A stretch of DNA of 63,499 bases, counting the filler, from Platydemus manokwari (taxonomy: Eukaryota): the NCBI GenBank assembly GCA_037951405.1. It is 5 parts of 5 records of this genome, joined end to end, with 100 filler letters (N's around TTAATTAATTAA, not from the genome) between each part and the next. Parts side by side here need not be neighbours in the genome. Positions count along the whole stretch, not along the records: positions 20,400 to 29,538 come from JBBMOY011294317.1; positions 29,639 to 52,338 come from JBBMOY011200320.1; 3 more parts are not named here. One strand, given 5' to 3'. This document shows, in pieces, positions 24,701-37,600 of the stretch. Position numbers and translations under genes: made by a program. Position 1 is the stretch's first letter; every line of letters begins with the position of its first letter. The notes under the pieces are model-generated. The model saw only the letters and a list, made by a program, of their open reading frames with translations. It ran no database searches and was not told the DNA's origin.

Positions 24701-27700
24701 CAGGATTCTCTAAATACAATAACTTCTATAAATCATTGATCACGATATCAAGTTCCTTAACAAGTACACTTCAAAGGAATCTATAATTAGTTACTGTTGA
24801 GTGATTAGCTCTGGTTATTTCAATCTTGCTATGTGTAGACATTGATCTTTTCATAGTTATAGGAAATAATTAATATTTTTAATTAAATTTATTTCTGGGT
24901 TTCTTTTATGACATCTTATTTTAAAAATAAATGTTGCTTCATAAATACCAAACAATATGTTCTACATAAGGTTTGCAAACTTTGTTTAAATGGATACCGA
25001 TGTGAGATTAACAATTAATTTAAAAGATTACATTTATTATCATTATCATAACTCTCAATATTTTGAAATTCAAAAATTCTTTTTCTATAAAAGTTGTGTT
25101 ATTGTTTCAAATTTTTTTTAATCATTTGATATTTATAAATATAAATTTCTATACCAGCAAACATGCCTCTTGATGCTAACCAAGACACAAGTGGCTCAGT
25201 GTCTAATCAGTGTCTTGTGGCTCTCGGTCGTCTTCAGGTGACCAGTGTGCTCAATACAAGTGATTTGTCTCCTCACAGACAAAATGAATTTGTCACTCGA
25301 CATTCCGAGGATACGAAGATTACATTTTGTGATCAGCGCGTATCGACAGTGTTAGGATTCAGTGCAACAGATTTACTCGATAAATCACTACTTGATCTGG
25401 TTCATATTGAAGAGCATTTGTCATGCCAGGATGCTTTTGAACAAGGTAAAATTGAAATGAAACTTCATGGCACCCTGACGAATTTCTTTATTAGCATGGA
25501 AACTGAAAGGTCAGGTTGTTACAATCATGATTCGCATGAGAAATGTGAATGGTGAATATATATCTCTGGGATGTAGCATGTTTGCTTTTGTTAATCCGTA
25601 CAGTGATGAGGTCGAATATTTAGTCATCACTAACACATCGACCAAGTAGGTGCCTTTCATCATTAAAATAATATTTAGATATTTATTTTTTAATATAATA
25701 ATTTTTGAATTTATACAATAACTATTACTATCAATAAGTTGGACTCAACCTTATATTATTATATTAACAAAAGTTTTCATTGAAAAACCTATATATTTTT
25801 TATACTTAAAACTTACTTTGAAATTTAATAACAATTTTTTTTTCTTCTTTTCTTCAAGTTCGTGTTTCATGTTATTGGGAATGGGATATTTTTTAAATGA
25901 TGTTCACGAGTTGCAGTATTTTTTTGATATTATACAAAAGTAATATTTTCTTTATCTTTATTGATAATGTTCGCTCATTTATTTGTGGAAAATTTGAATT
26001 TCTTGAAAAATAGGGATATTCTAGAGGTAAAATATTCTTAAAATCGTTTAAAATTCTGGTTTTCACAAATAATCAATAATGCCATGGTAGAGTTTTATTT
26101 CATTTTTATGATAATTCTGATATTCATCAGGTATTAATGTTTTTGAAACAAATCCACAGATGATATTTCCATTAAATGAATATCATATCAACAATTGAAT
26201 TTTGTCGGTGTGAAATTATATTTCATATTGAATAATGAGATTGTCACGGTGTTGTTATTAGCTTTTTTCTGGTTTTAGAAATATTCAAATATGCAGTAGA
26301 GATAATAACTCGATTAATTATGTATTAAATTCATCATTTCTTTCTCTGTAATTTGTTCAAAAGGCTTTGTGCACTCTGTTGATTCCATATTTTATAGCTT
26401 GATTCTTGGATTTGGATTTTATAAGAATCAAATTAATGTTTATAAATTGACGAGCAGTTTTATTTGTAATGGTAAACATTAAAATTTTAAAACGTATACT
26501 GAAATGTTTTGATAACAAAAACAAATGTAATAGACATTCATTAATGGCATTTGAAGCATTTAAATGGTTATTGAAATTAAAATTTTAAACACTCTTATAT
26601 ATGTGAGTTCAATGGCAATAGATTTAATGAGCATAGAAATTATGAAGTGATAAATGAAATTATTGTCACATCATTGTTAATGTTTATTAATCATGAACAA
26701 CAACATTATATATATCCAGTACCAATCATAATTATATTTTCCTTTCAAATGATTATTTACTCATTTACTAAATCTGTGCAATAAAAATTAATTTATTTGA
26801 TCAATTGTAGCTATTCAATTAGTTCAAAAGCTTTTAGAACCAATGATTCGAGCATATTGAAGTATAAATGTGATTGAAAATAATATCTTATTATATTTAT
26901 ATAGAGATTTTTGAAATTATTTTTTATTTAATTTAATTTTTTTCATTTTTAATTTTCAAAACTCATTGAAGTTAGAAATATTTGAAACATATTTATCTAA
27001 TAAATTATATTTGATGTCAACAAATCTGTCCGTGTTATCTCACTATCCGATCTTAATAATCAAGCAATTTTCAAAACTGGCCAGTGACAATATTGAGAGG
27101 ATTTCCTGTTTGGCACATTTCAGAATCAATTAGTTAAAATTACCACTTATATATAAATATAATTTCATTCATGGATAAAACATAATCAAATAATATTATA
27201 ACAGTGTCTATGTAATGCTAATTTTTGCATTATATATATCTTTCAATGAAAATTTTATTGATTCATTGGATTCATAATAATCTACAATAAAATTTATTCA
27301 TATAAAATTGTTTATTATTATCCATAATAGGGATCTGTTTCGTTATTTTTTTGGAGTTTATTCCACTTTAATTTTATTAAAAAATACACAACAAATCAAT
27401 AACAAATACATGCTATTTTAATATTCAAATTCTGACAATTTTCGGATTTCCTGTTTTAAAATATATTTGATTATATATATTGGAGAATCAAATTGACAGA
27501 TTAACTTCATTTTTTATAATTTCAAATCATGATAATTGTTGGTGAAAAGGTGTCGAATAATTTGATTGTGCCAGGGTATATATACAGGGTGTATGTAAAT
27601 ATTCAATGAATTTTATTGTATGATGAATGAAAACTATGAACACAATGATAACTATGAATGAACCAATAATGCAACAATAATCAATACGAAATAAACAAGA

Positions 27701-29027
27701 ATTGTGATCGTAGCTCTCATTGATCATACAATAAAATTTATTCAAAATATTCGTTTATCGTATAAAATCGAGCGAAACTTTTTTGACATTGTATTGTTAA
27801 AAATTTAGTCTTTTAATTATTACTTACAAATGACCAATGAATGATAAAATTTGTCAAAAATATAATCATAGCATATAATTATCTTAATTGATCGTAGAAG
27901 AGTACTATCAGGACTTTGAATTTATTGATTTTCGATCAGATTTATGGAAACCATGTATATATTTTTTTCTAAATTTGTTTATTTACAGATCATAAAATTG
28001 TTCGATTATCACATTCCGTTATTTTGAGTGATTCGCACAAAATATCAATTATTTGTTTTAATTAAAATGAAAGCAATTTTAAAACGATTCTTATAAACAT
28101 GAGAGAATTCAGTTTCTCTTATAAAAGCGATTAAAGATTATTGTTCAACATTTTTAACAAACATAATTTATTATTAGATTAATATTAATAATAATTTTAT
28201 TTTTCAAATCATAAATCATAATTTATTTTCCTATCTATAATTGTCTTAAATGTAAATATGTATTCAGAGGTCTTCAGCCACGCACTAGCACAATTTATTC
28301 GTCCAATGATCTATCAACATCTAATGGAAATTACTCAACTTATCAGCAACCACTATCTCAACACCCTTTTAATCAAAATATGGTACCCACTCCAGGATTT
28401 TGTGCAACTCAATCGCTATATAACAATGATAGCAATCATTTGAACAATACCGCCAAACATGATCCTATCGCAGTATCTGAAATGGTAACTAGCCGACCGT
28501 CAGCTATCTGCTATCTTCCAGCCAACGATCTTTATGAAACTCCTTACGCATCACATTATTATGAACCCACAACTGTTGCCGGATTCCCACAAACTGGATT
28601 TCACCCTGATCACAGCTCTTTGCCGCCATGGCATAAACCTCAAACACATCAATCTGCCTATCCTTCTTCTCGTACTCACATTCATCATCGCACAGATTCA
28701 TCGTCTGCCCCTTCCCAGTCTAGCATTGATACATCATCTTCAAGCGCCGTTACTACAACCGATCTTTTCTCGCATCCACTACACATGCCTATCTCTCGCC
28801 CTCCTGACTCAGATGGTAGTTTGAATAATGTTTCCTTGGCAGCTTCTCGCTTATTTTGCACTGCTGCTCCTTCACAAATCGATTATAACCAGCTTTTACC
28901 TCCTCTTGTTCAACCCATTTCCGAATTCCATATGGATACTTCAGCTGTCTATAGTTCTCTTTATCACAGTCACAAATACGATGAAAACACCCCTGTTGCT
29001 GCTAGTAACGGTTTTGGTCACATATAA
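21762..29027 (+). CDS. ARNT: Aryl hydrocarbon receptor nuclear translocator (ARNT/Tango) bHLH-PAS factor, 3' part (PAS-A, PAS-B, C-terminal tail)
   Basis: Phase-consistent exons 21762-21954, 23141-23353, 25158-25445, 25495-25645, 28268-29027 (stop). ARNT hallmarks [96 protein letters not shown]. The bHLH exons were not found in this contig. Confidence 0.95.
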
Positions 29028-29342
29028 TTTTAGTGACTATCTTTCATTCATATCGATTCTCAATCTTTACCTATCAAGCATTTAGAACCCACCAGGGAAC
29101 GGTCTGACTAAGATCTAACTGTTATTTATTGTTATTTTTACCTGTACAGATCGGCGGTTGTTCTACTTCATTTTGTATATTATAAATCAATATATGTAAA
29201 ATAGTCCTCAATTAGTGAAGGCCGCTTTTATTTGATCAAGATCCCCACTTCTTAACTCATTGTCAGAGATTGTATTGCTTCACTCGTTGTATGTATATTG
29301 ATAATACTGGTTTATTTTAATATTATTTAGTCATTTTGTTGG

Positions 29343-29348
29343 AATAAA
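29343..29348 (+). promoter_or_regulatory. Candidate polyadenylation signal of ARNT
   Basis: AATAAA about 315 nt downstream of the stop codon; weak evidence in AT-rich DNA. Confidence 0.4.
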
Positions 29349-29538
29349 TATTTTTGACTATTTCTATATTCTATTATTTTATAATTTCCTACTACTTATT
29401 AATTTGATAATCAACATATATGAGTGTAATATTGTTAGTTATCATTTCCATTAGATAGGCATTATTATTTAAGAATGTAATAAGAATGCATAAGAATGTA
29501 AAGTTTGTGTAAATATTGGTAATTTTCAAAATTTTTAT

Positions 29539-29638
29539 NNNNNNNNNNNNNNNNNNNNNNNNNNNNNNNNNNNNNNNNNNNNTTAATTAATTAANNNNNN
29601 NNNNNNNNNNNNNNNNNNNNNNNNNNNNNNNNNNNNNN
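29539..29638. other. Artificial contig spacer
   Basis: N-run + TTAATTAATTAA + N-run, 100 bp. Confidence 0.97.
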
Positions 29639-30147
29639 TATATATATATATTCTTTAATTAGATGATTATTAATAAAGTGTTCTAGTGTTTCCATATTAC
29701 TGATTTTGAGTCTACTGTGCTTTCACCGCAAGACTTCTAACTATTTATGAATATTCTGAGATTTGGGCCTATACGTGGTAGGAACCCATCTCGATTGATT
29801 TATTTACATAGATAGTTTAATTTAATTAATTTAATTGTTGGACTGGATCCAATCAATTTAAGGCAAGGATGGCATCATATAAATTTATTGTTACAATTAT
29901 TATTATGAATTTCATTTTTACAATAAGAGAATTACTTGAAATTGCAAAATTTAATAATATAGGTGATGAAATCTTTCTTTTCCTTCAAGCTAAAATGCTT
30001 TGTATTTATAGATTCATTTCTCCTCAATTAATTGATAGATAAGATTTGCTTTATTTAATGGCAAGATAAAAGATAGCGTTAAAGATCTGCAAACATAAAA
30101 AAATAGAAAAACCCATTAAAATACCAACAGAATGTTATCACATGTTA

Positions 30148-30237
30148 TACAGGGTTAATATTTTTGTTGGATACCAGCCCCATCCCATATTGTACAGGGT
30201 TAATATTTTTGTTGGATACCAGCCCCATCCCATATTG
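30148..30237 (+). repeat. Perfect 45-bp tandem duplication spanning the LTR 5' junction
   Basis: tacagggttaatatttttgttggataccagccccatcccatattg at 30148-30192 and 30193-30237. Confidence 0.95.
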
Positions 30238-31334
30238 TATATTACTCTATATATAAGTCACAAAGGCACATAACATACAAACTATTACCACTACACACCT
30301 AATGCATATATAGCCCCGCCGTATAATAAAATTCCAATACATTATACACATTGATTATGGATGGCCAGAGCAAAGACAGAACATCAGCAGCAGCCAAAGC
30401 CATGCCCAACAATATCAACAATATCCAAACTGCTCCCATTTGATGAACTCTTAATAAGCAATTATCGTGTTTTAACAATCAATATTGTGTGTGTCTTTTT
30501 ATGAATTCTTAATAAACAATTATTGTGTTTTAGCAATTCATATTGTGTGTAATAATCCATATACTCATATAATAAACAATTAGTGTGTTTTAAAACAATT
30601 GTTGTGTTTAACAATCCATATTATTATTATGATTTTTTATGTTTAATCTGGCACGGTGAATATTTATGCGTAATCTAGTTGTACAAAGGCAGGGTAAAAG
30701 GTGAATGTGGGAGATGAGTACCGACACGGAAAAGTAAAAGGAAATGATAAATTAATAAAAACATATAAAAGGGTATTAAGTCAAAAGCAAATTGTGAATA
30801 TGAAATAGATAGTCAAATAATAAATGTTAGAAATAAAATAAATAAGTAAATAATAAATATTAGAAATTTATAAAATAAGACAATGCAAATATTAGAACAT
30901 AAATTAAGCAAATATTTAAGATAGAATAATTAGGTTAAGATCAAATAGAATTAGCATAATTAATTAGACGAGTAAAGCAAGATAGACGTTGGCGGAAACG
31001 CGAGGATGACTATAAATACCACGGACAATTTCAGTTGACTACCCAATTTGCCATTCAAAGCAGGAGATAGCCATCTCACGAATTAAGAAAACGAACACAC
31101 GGAATTCGATCATTCTCATTTCAAATGAGAATAGCGTGGATTAACAATACAATCAGCCATCGATTATTGACCAGCTACACAAATAATAGTAAGCATCTTT
31201 TGCTGATTTGTTTCGTAATCACTTTTCATTTACAAGAATTAAACGCTTATTTTAGTAATTAGATAATCATATTTCATTTACGAGATTTCATATTTATAAT
31301 ATCATTTTAACATCATTTGGCGTGAGTGTCGGCA
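30210..31334 (+). mobile_element. LTR (~1.1 kb) with primer-binding-site-like motif, LTR retrotransposon
   Basis: Starts TGTTGGATACCAGCCCCATCCC and is homologous along its length to 56826-57640. TATAAATA at 31011-31018. Ends ...CA (31315), then TT, then TGGCGTGAGTGTCGGCA (31318-31334), resembling a tRNA-Ser PBS (TGGCGTAGTCGGCAGG). Confidence 0.7.
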
Positions 31335-31554
31335 ATTAATATCTCCCACTTTCATTAATAAACTGCTCCGTCCGTCTTACGGATTTGCTGGTTAATCGCT
31401 CAAGCGAGGTACTGGTTATTTTGCTAAACATTTTTTTGTTATTTTCTATATAATAATCGTTCCGTTTCGGTTTCGTTATTAATAAATATTTTTGTCTCAA
31501 ATATTGTGTTCAATTACAAGTAGTTTAGTATATACCAATTATTGGGAAGACAAT

Positions 31555-31791
31555 ATGGAACGTCTAGTGCTCTACTCAGATAGTGAGGAGAGCGAAGACG
31601 AAAAGATTCCTTACACCATCAAATCTTACAATGAATGGAGACAGCAACAGCAGCCACCCCAAAAACCACAACTGCCACAACCATCACCCATGGAAAACCT
31701 AGAAACCTTGTGTTCAAAAAACCAAGAACATCCCCAGACAAAGATCAGGTATACCAGGAGTCGAGAAACCCAGTACGACAATAGTTATTAA
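31555..31791 (+). pseudogene. First ORF of the LTR element internal region (gag position), disrupted, unrecognised
   Basis: MERLVLYSDSEESEDEKIPY...QQQQPPQKPQLPQPSP..., about 220 nt after the PBS-like motif. Coding-like sequence continues with stops to ~32050. No gag motif recognised. Confidence 0.35.
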
Positions 31792-34503
31792 GCCCATAAA
31801 ACCAAACCCAAAATGGGAAACGTGAGCCACCCAAAGCTGGAGAGTCGATTTAAACGCCTGATATCGGCAGGGATTCATTCCAAAAAATCTGCAAACTGCG
31901 AATTCGAATCTAGACAAACCAATTCCCAATAATGACTTTTGTGAAAAACTTGATTTTGATGATATTTTGATCATCTTGAAAAACTTCATTATTGTGATGA
32001 TATATTGACTCTTGAAAACCTTGATTATTTCAACTGTAATGATAACTTGATCATTTGACACTTGTTGATTTGACTTTCATGACATTTAATTATTATTGCA
32101 TAATCATTTGTAATATGTAATTATATTCAATTTTTATGATATGTAAAAAAACGAATTTTAAAATACGAAATATAAATTAGTATGATCAGACATAGACAGA
32201 TATATATTATTATTATTTATAAATCACGCCAGAGAGTGAAGAAGAAATATAATATTTAATTTTTAATGTCAAAGAAATACAATATTTAATTTTTAATGTC
32301 AATAAATTAATAATATAATTTCTAAGGTCAAATAAAGTAATAAAAATTTTAAGGTTTAGAACTTTTAAAATCATAAACATTAAGGGTCCAAGGTTAAAAT
32401 ATAGCTTAAAATTTACAAGAAGGATGGAAATTCCTAGGTACAAAGTACCGAATCTCAGCATCTATATAAGCTGATGGATTTCCATCACAGTTCACTCTCT
32501 TAAAATTCGATAAAAATCTGGTTATCTGAACTTTGGAAGAATTTTGAACTAAAGCGAAAACTAATATTTTTAAAGTAATAAATCACGAATTTTGTGCTAA
32601 ATGACGATTTTTGTTCATTAAACTCATATAATTTAACTCTAAAAGATCCACATTTGGAGAACATATAACTTATAAAATCAATAGTAAAATAATAAGGATT
32701 GGCTTTAGTTCCCACGGTCTCTGAGGGATAACCGTACTCAATTTGTTTTATATATATTTGTGTGAATTAAATTGCTTTGAGTTAAATTATCGTGTATAAA
32801 TTGGTTTTTAATTTCAATAAAAGTTTATGATAATTTTGATTGTTGTTGATTTGTAGACCTATATAAAAAATATAAAGGGACTCACGCTGTTAAGTTTTAT
32901 TGAACAGCAAACAAACATCTACCACAACCCAACAGTATTATTTTATGGATAAATTTATTATAAATAGAATTTAAATGAGATTTTCTGTAATGAGTTTTTT
33001 AGTTGTATTAAATTATATTATTTTGATTATTAAATATCTATACTCGATGATGGATGAAGATTCTAACAAGCATTATAAATATCCAATATTGTATTTTATA
33101 GATATTATTTTAATAAACTGACTTTATAAAATTTGTGTTTTTAGTTCCACGATCATTTGAGAATTGATATTAATGATATTGGAATTATAATAATAAATAT
33201 TGGCTAAGTACACGATAAGAGAGATATAATAAATAATCACTACATACACGCTTTAAATTGTTTTCTCAAAACCCCAACAATTTTATTAAAAAATTTTACC
33301 ATTTCATAAGAACTGATTTACTCCTGGAATTTATTTGAGCAAATAGAAGCGTAAAAGTTTAAGATTTCGTGTAGGGAAAAAACCGAATTGTTAACTCAAG
33401 TCTAATCTTATAACAGCACTTTTCTCATTTTTGTAGCATAGCCATCTAAATGATTCATTTGCATTTGTTGGAAATCATTTGAGGATTTCCGAAAGTACTT
33501 GTTTCCAACCTGGATATCTAATTCAAATGATCATTTTTTTGGAAATTTTAAACACCTCGTTTGCTTAATCTTTTTCATATTTACTAAAATTATTTTCAGT
33601 TTTTTAGATCGATATATTTTTGCAATATTCTCAACAAATTTTATTTTAGGACCACTTCTTAAGAAATGGGTATTTTCTGAAACTATAAAATTAAAGACGG
33701 ATCCTGTATTTGCTTCAAATAACCTACATAAAGAGTTTTAATTTTAAAAGTTAAAAAAAGATAAAAATTTATTGCAAGAATTAATTCTTTAAACTATCTA
33801 GGCTTTTGGTTTACTATATTTGATCTTGTTTCACTCTGTGAGAGCATTAATAAATTAAGATTTATCCTATTAATGTTAATATCCATTAACGTAATTATAT
33901 TATATTATTTCTGATTCAATATCTGTGTCATCGAGATTATAAATCAGATTATAAATCCCAGAATCAGTTTAATATTCTTTGATTTTTAACATTTTCATTT
34001 CATTTAGTCGGTCAGATTAATTACTATTTTTATAATCATTATCTAGAGGACATCTTCAATTTCTACAGTGCTGGCTGGCTAATCGTCGAAATCCCACTAA
34101 AAATTAGTCCATAATTATCATTTATGAAAATTTTTGAAAAATATATATCCTTATAACCCTGTTATATAAGCTGGCATTTAATATAGAAATATAGAATTTT
34201 AAAAAATGAAACAATAATATTTATAATAAATTTTAAATTTGAACAGAAATTTTTATTTTTGTGTAGATTTGTATAATATTTTTCAACTATTTATACTAGT
34301 TGCTAACTTTATATAATAATTATAATTAATTGTAGCTGACAGGCAATAAATTTCGACGCATTATTGCTTATCAGCGTTTTAAAATCTCGTCGGGTTCTGC
34401 GTGAATTTTTTGCCATAATATAGTAATCTTGGATTTTGGGTTACTTGATGAATTGATCTCAAAATTATTATTTAAACAGATGGTTATTTTCTAGATTTCT
34501 TTT

Positions 34504-34563
34504 AGTCATATCTGTCTCCAGTCCGAGACACCGATGAAGCCCATTGAAGGCCGAAAATGGACT
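34504..34563 (+). ncRNA. Degenerate type III hammerhead ribozyme motif 1
   Basis: AUC triplet (34510-34512); stem I tgtctc/gagaca with a 6-nt loop; core cCgatga (one change from CUGAUGA); stem II agcc/ggcc; GAAA (34553-34556); stem III agtcat/atggact. Confidence 0.6.
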
Positions 34564-34632
34564 TTATTCTCATCACAAAATTACCATCATCATCATTGTA
34601 GCTATCGTTCCTGAAGGTTTCGAGAGATCATC

Positions 34633-34686
34633 CTTTATATCCCTGAACTGGGATACTGATGAGGCCTACGGAGGGTCGAAATAGAG
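34633..34686 (+). ncRNA. Type III hammerhead ribozyme motif 2 (cleavage triplet apparently damaged)
   Basis: Stem I tatccc/gggata with a 6-nt loop; perfect CUGAUGA (34656-34662); stem II ggcct/gggtc; GAAA (34678-34681); stem III cttta/tagag. Confidence 0.7.
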
Positions 34687-37600
34687 CTAATTTTTCAATT
34701 TATTCATTGTATCTTGACCACTTAATAATTCTTTGATGCACTTTTGTAGTATTAATAAATTTTCAGTAAAATCTCAAATAAAGTCCAAAAAATAATGGAT
34801 TGACAACATTTGTCGCACTTACATTTTAATAATATCAATATTTAGCAATCAGGAATCTGTTAGTATTTGGAAAAATTTAATCTACTATTTTTTATTTATA
34901 TCTGTTATAAAGAGTTCTAAAATTTGGTTTGGAACTTGTGTGTACATGTGTGTGTGTGGGTGTTTGCGTGCAGGTTTACAAATTCTCTGCCCATTCATTG
35001 TACGATTATCCTAGAAAACATGCCATCACCAATATCAAACCTAGAAAACATTCAAATTTGATGAATATTTCTGATCGATGAGCTGACATAACCAATGAAA
35101 GTTAATTGTTATTTGTTATCAAATCGTGGAACTCTTACTAGATAATCATTTAGTTATAAACTTTCAAAATAAGACGATTTGTTTAATGAGTTTTGAAACT
35201 ACAAACAATGTTTCAAGGAAAAAAAAAGACTGAAATGAATAAGCTGATTTCTGCGAATACGCACTTCAGAAGATGAAAATTTCTTCATTTAATCCTCGCA
35301 TTTTTTCTATTAGCTTATCTCAGCGAATAATCTTTTTTTCTATAAAAATGAAACTAACGAAGAATGTACATAGACATAATATTATTTCCACTGATAGAAT
35401 ATGCGTACTAGTATGTGATGGTTAAAAAATACATGATCCATATAAACTTGTTAGAGCTTCATATAACCACTAGACGTCTTATTAATTAAAAATAAATAAT
35501 TGTTCCGATTTTTTGAGTTTTTCTTTTTATATGATTTACATCTAACATATTGATGCTTGTAAAAAATGTGAATTTTTTCTACGAGATGAAAATGTAATAT
35601 CAAATGGTTTAGCGAATGAAGTACGTTTTGCAAAATATTATCTTATTGTTAAATATGCCGGCAGATAATCACCGCATGGATTTGTGTCTATCGGTCGCTG
35701 GAGTGAAACAAATTATGACGAATAATTTCTCATAAGTAAAAACAATATTTGAATTATTGTGAACTCCTTTTATCTTATCACTGTTATTTCTTGGTATATT
35801 AAATCAAATATCAGTCTCAATCATATTACCAATATCACTTGGCCGTTATCTATTTGTATTTCTTCCAATAAAAATCTGACTTAAATATTAACAAATCGAA
35901 TAAAAGCTATTGTGTTTATCCGAAAAAAATACGTAATTTCAAAGGACTGTTTATAATCAAATTGGTCAACCTTCTCATTTGGGGCCAGAATGTCTTATTT
36001 TTTCTGTATAACTCAAATTATTTCATTTTTTATATTATCTATAAAAGTTAATCGACATTTATTTGCCAATGCATGACAAATTGTGATATTATTATAATTC
36101 ATGAAGCATTGGAATTTTAAATGGGCTGAAAAAATAAATCATTTTGATATCAGCAACAGTTTTTCTCGATATAAATATATTAGCAAGGACTGAATTGCTT
36201 GTTTCGTTTTGACCCGATAAAATCATGTGTTGGAAAAATTATGGTGAGAATTTGAGAATTATATAGAAATTAAATTAGAAAATTTTGATTTTTTTTTAAT
36301 ATACTATTAATGTGATATATGAAACACGATATGATTCTGTTAATTAGCATGACCCTGTAATCAGATCTGACAGTTGTGGGGATTTGAATATAAATTGGCA
36401 AATTAACCCACAGCAGAGTTGAGGTGTAGAGAGTCTTCGGATGAAAATATACTAATTTATATGCAAAAATGAATTGTTTCAGAATTATTTTCGTTTAAAT
36501 TTTAATGTTAGAAGAAAATTTATTTTCTTTTGTAATGCTTGCTTTTTTTGCTGATAGAGTTGAAATGCAAATATTAATGTCAAAAAGAATTAAAGCGAGC
36601 TTCCATACCAATTAAAATTGTTGTCTATTAGCAAGGTTGTATTGACAAAACAAAAATGATGAGTACAATTTAGATATCAAAAATTTATAATTATAATTTA
36701 TCAGAGTTAAATTATGCTAATCGATTAGTTTTCATTTTTTTATTTAGATTGTGTTTGTTTAAATATCTTATTTTCATTTTCATTTATTCAATATGGCTAA
36801 TCTTTATAAATGAATTAAATTTAATTGTATACTGTTTAAAGTTGATTTAATGGCCTGAAAATTAGTATTGTATAAAATTAGTTGGTTAATTTTTTAATTA
36901 AATTTATTCATTTCATTTTGACATTTAAATTTTTATCTAATTATAAATCAAATTTTGAAGTTAATAACAATCGTTGAATTGAATCGAGTTTCGAAAAATG
37001 GTTGATAATAAACTAATTAAATAAATTGATGTGTTTCATTTGGTGAAGCTTTGGTTATAATTTTTATGATATATAAAAGTTGATCAGTTTAAAAATCACG
37101 AAAACTACATCGCACTTTTGTTCGGAATTGAATGTAAAAGTTTTGCTTCGGTGATCCATTCATTCCGGTTTATTTGTGTCCGCCGTTTATATATAATATA
37201 TATGAGTGTTTCGAATGGGGAAATAAATATGAAAATCTATTTTTATAAAATTTGTATAGAAATAACATACCTAAAAATGCGATAGAAAAAGTCGAAATTA
37301 AAGAGATGAGAATTATTTTAAAGTCATATTCAGTACAAATACGGAATTAATACTGAATCAATGGTGACTGAATTGTTTGTATGGTCAAATTATATTAAGT
37401 CCTTACGTTTTTAAAATAATTTTCTATTAATGAGTATGTTAATATATTAAAAAAACTTCAACTTTCCAAAATAAAAATTTATTGAAATATAAAGATTTAA
37501 TCACTAATCACAGTTATTTAGTTTTAAAGAGAAATGCGATCAAATTAACTAGCTATTTCTAAGCACACGCGTTTTCCAGCATTTTTACATATAAATCACA

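Larger units (their letters stand above)
34339..34760 (+). mobile_element. Probable 3' fragment of a Penelope-like element (GIY-YIG C-terminal remnant plus ribozyme-bearing tail)
   Basis: Frameshifted translation TGNKFRRIIAYQRF / KSRRVLREFFAII**SWILGYLMN resembles the GIY-YIG end 'tGH.f...il......R...E...I......N'. It is followed by two hammerhead motifs and AATAAA at 34754-34759. Confidence 0.5.

Noticed and set aside
28504-29085. Several overlapping ORFs within the last ARNT exon
   Set aside because: Alternate-frame or antisense shadows of a GC-richer exon; no motifs.
32240-32500. 30-bp tandem duplication, TATA-like box and gatggaaattcc/ggatttccatc inverted repeat as a second LTR or RNA gene
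   Set aside because: No defined termini, partner copy or recognisable RNA family.
33400-33560. Minus-strand peptide LDIQVGNKYFRKSS as a Penelope RT motif
   Set aside because: The match is too short, lies on the strand opposite the hammerheads, and no other RT motif was seen.
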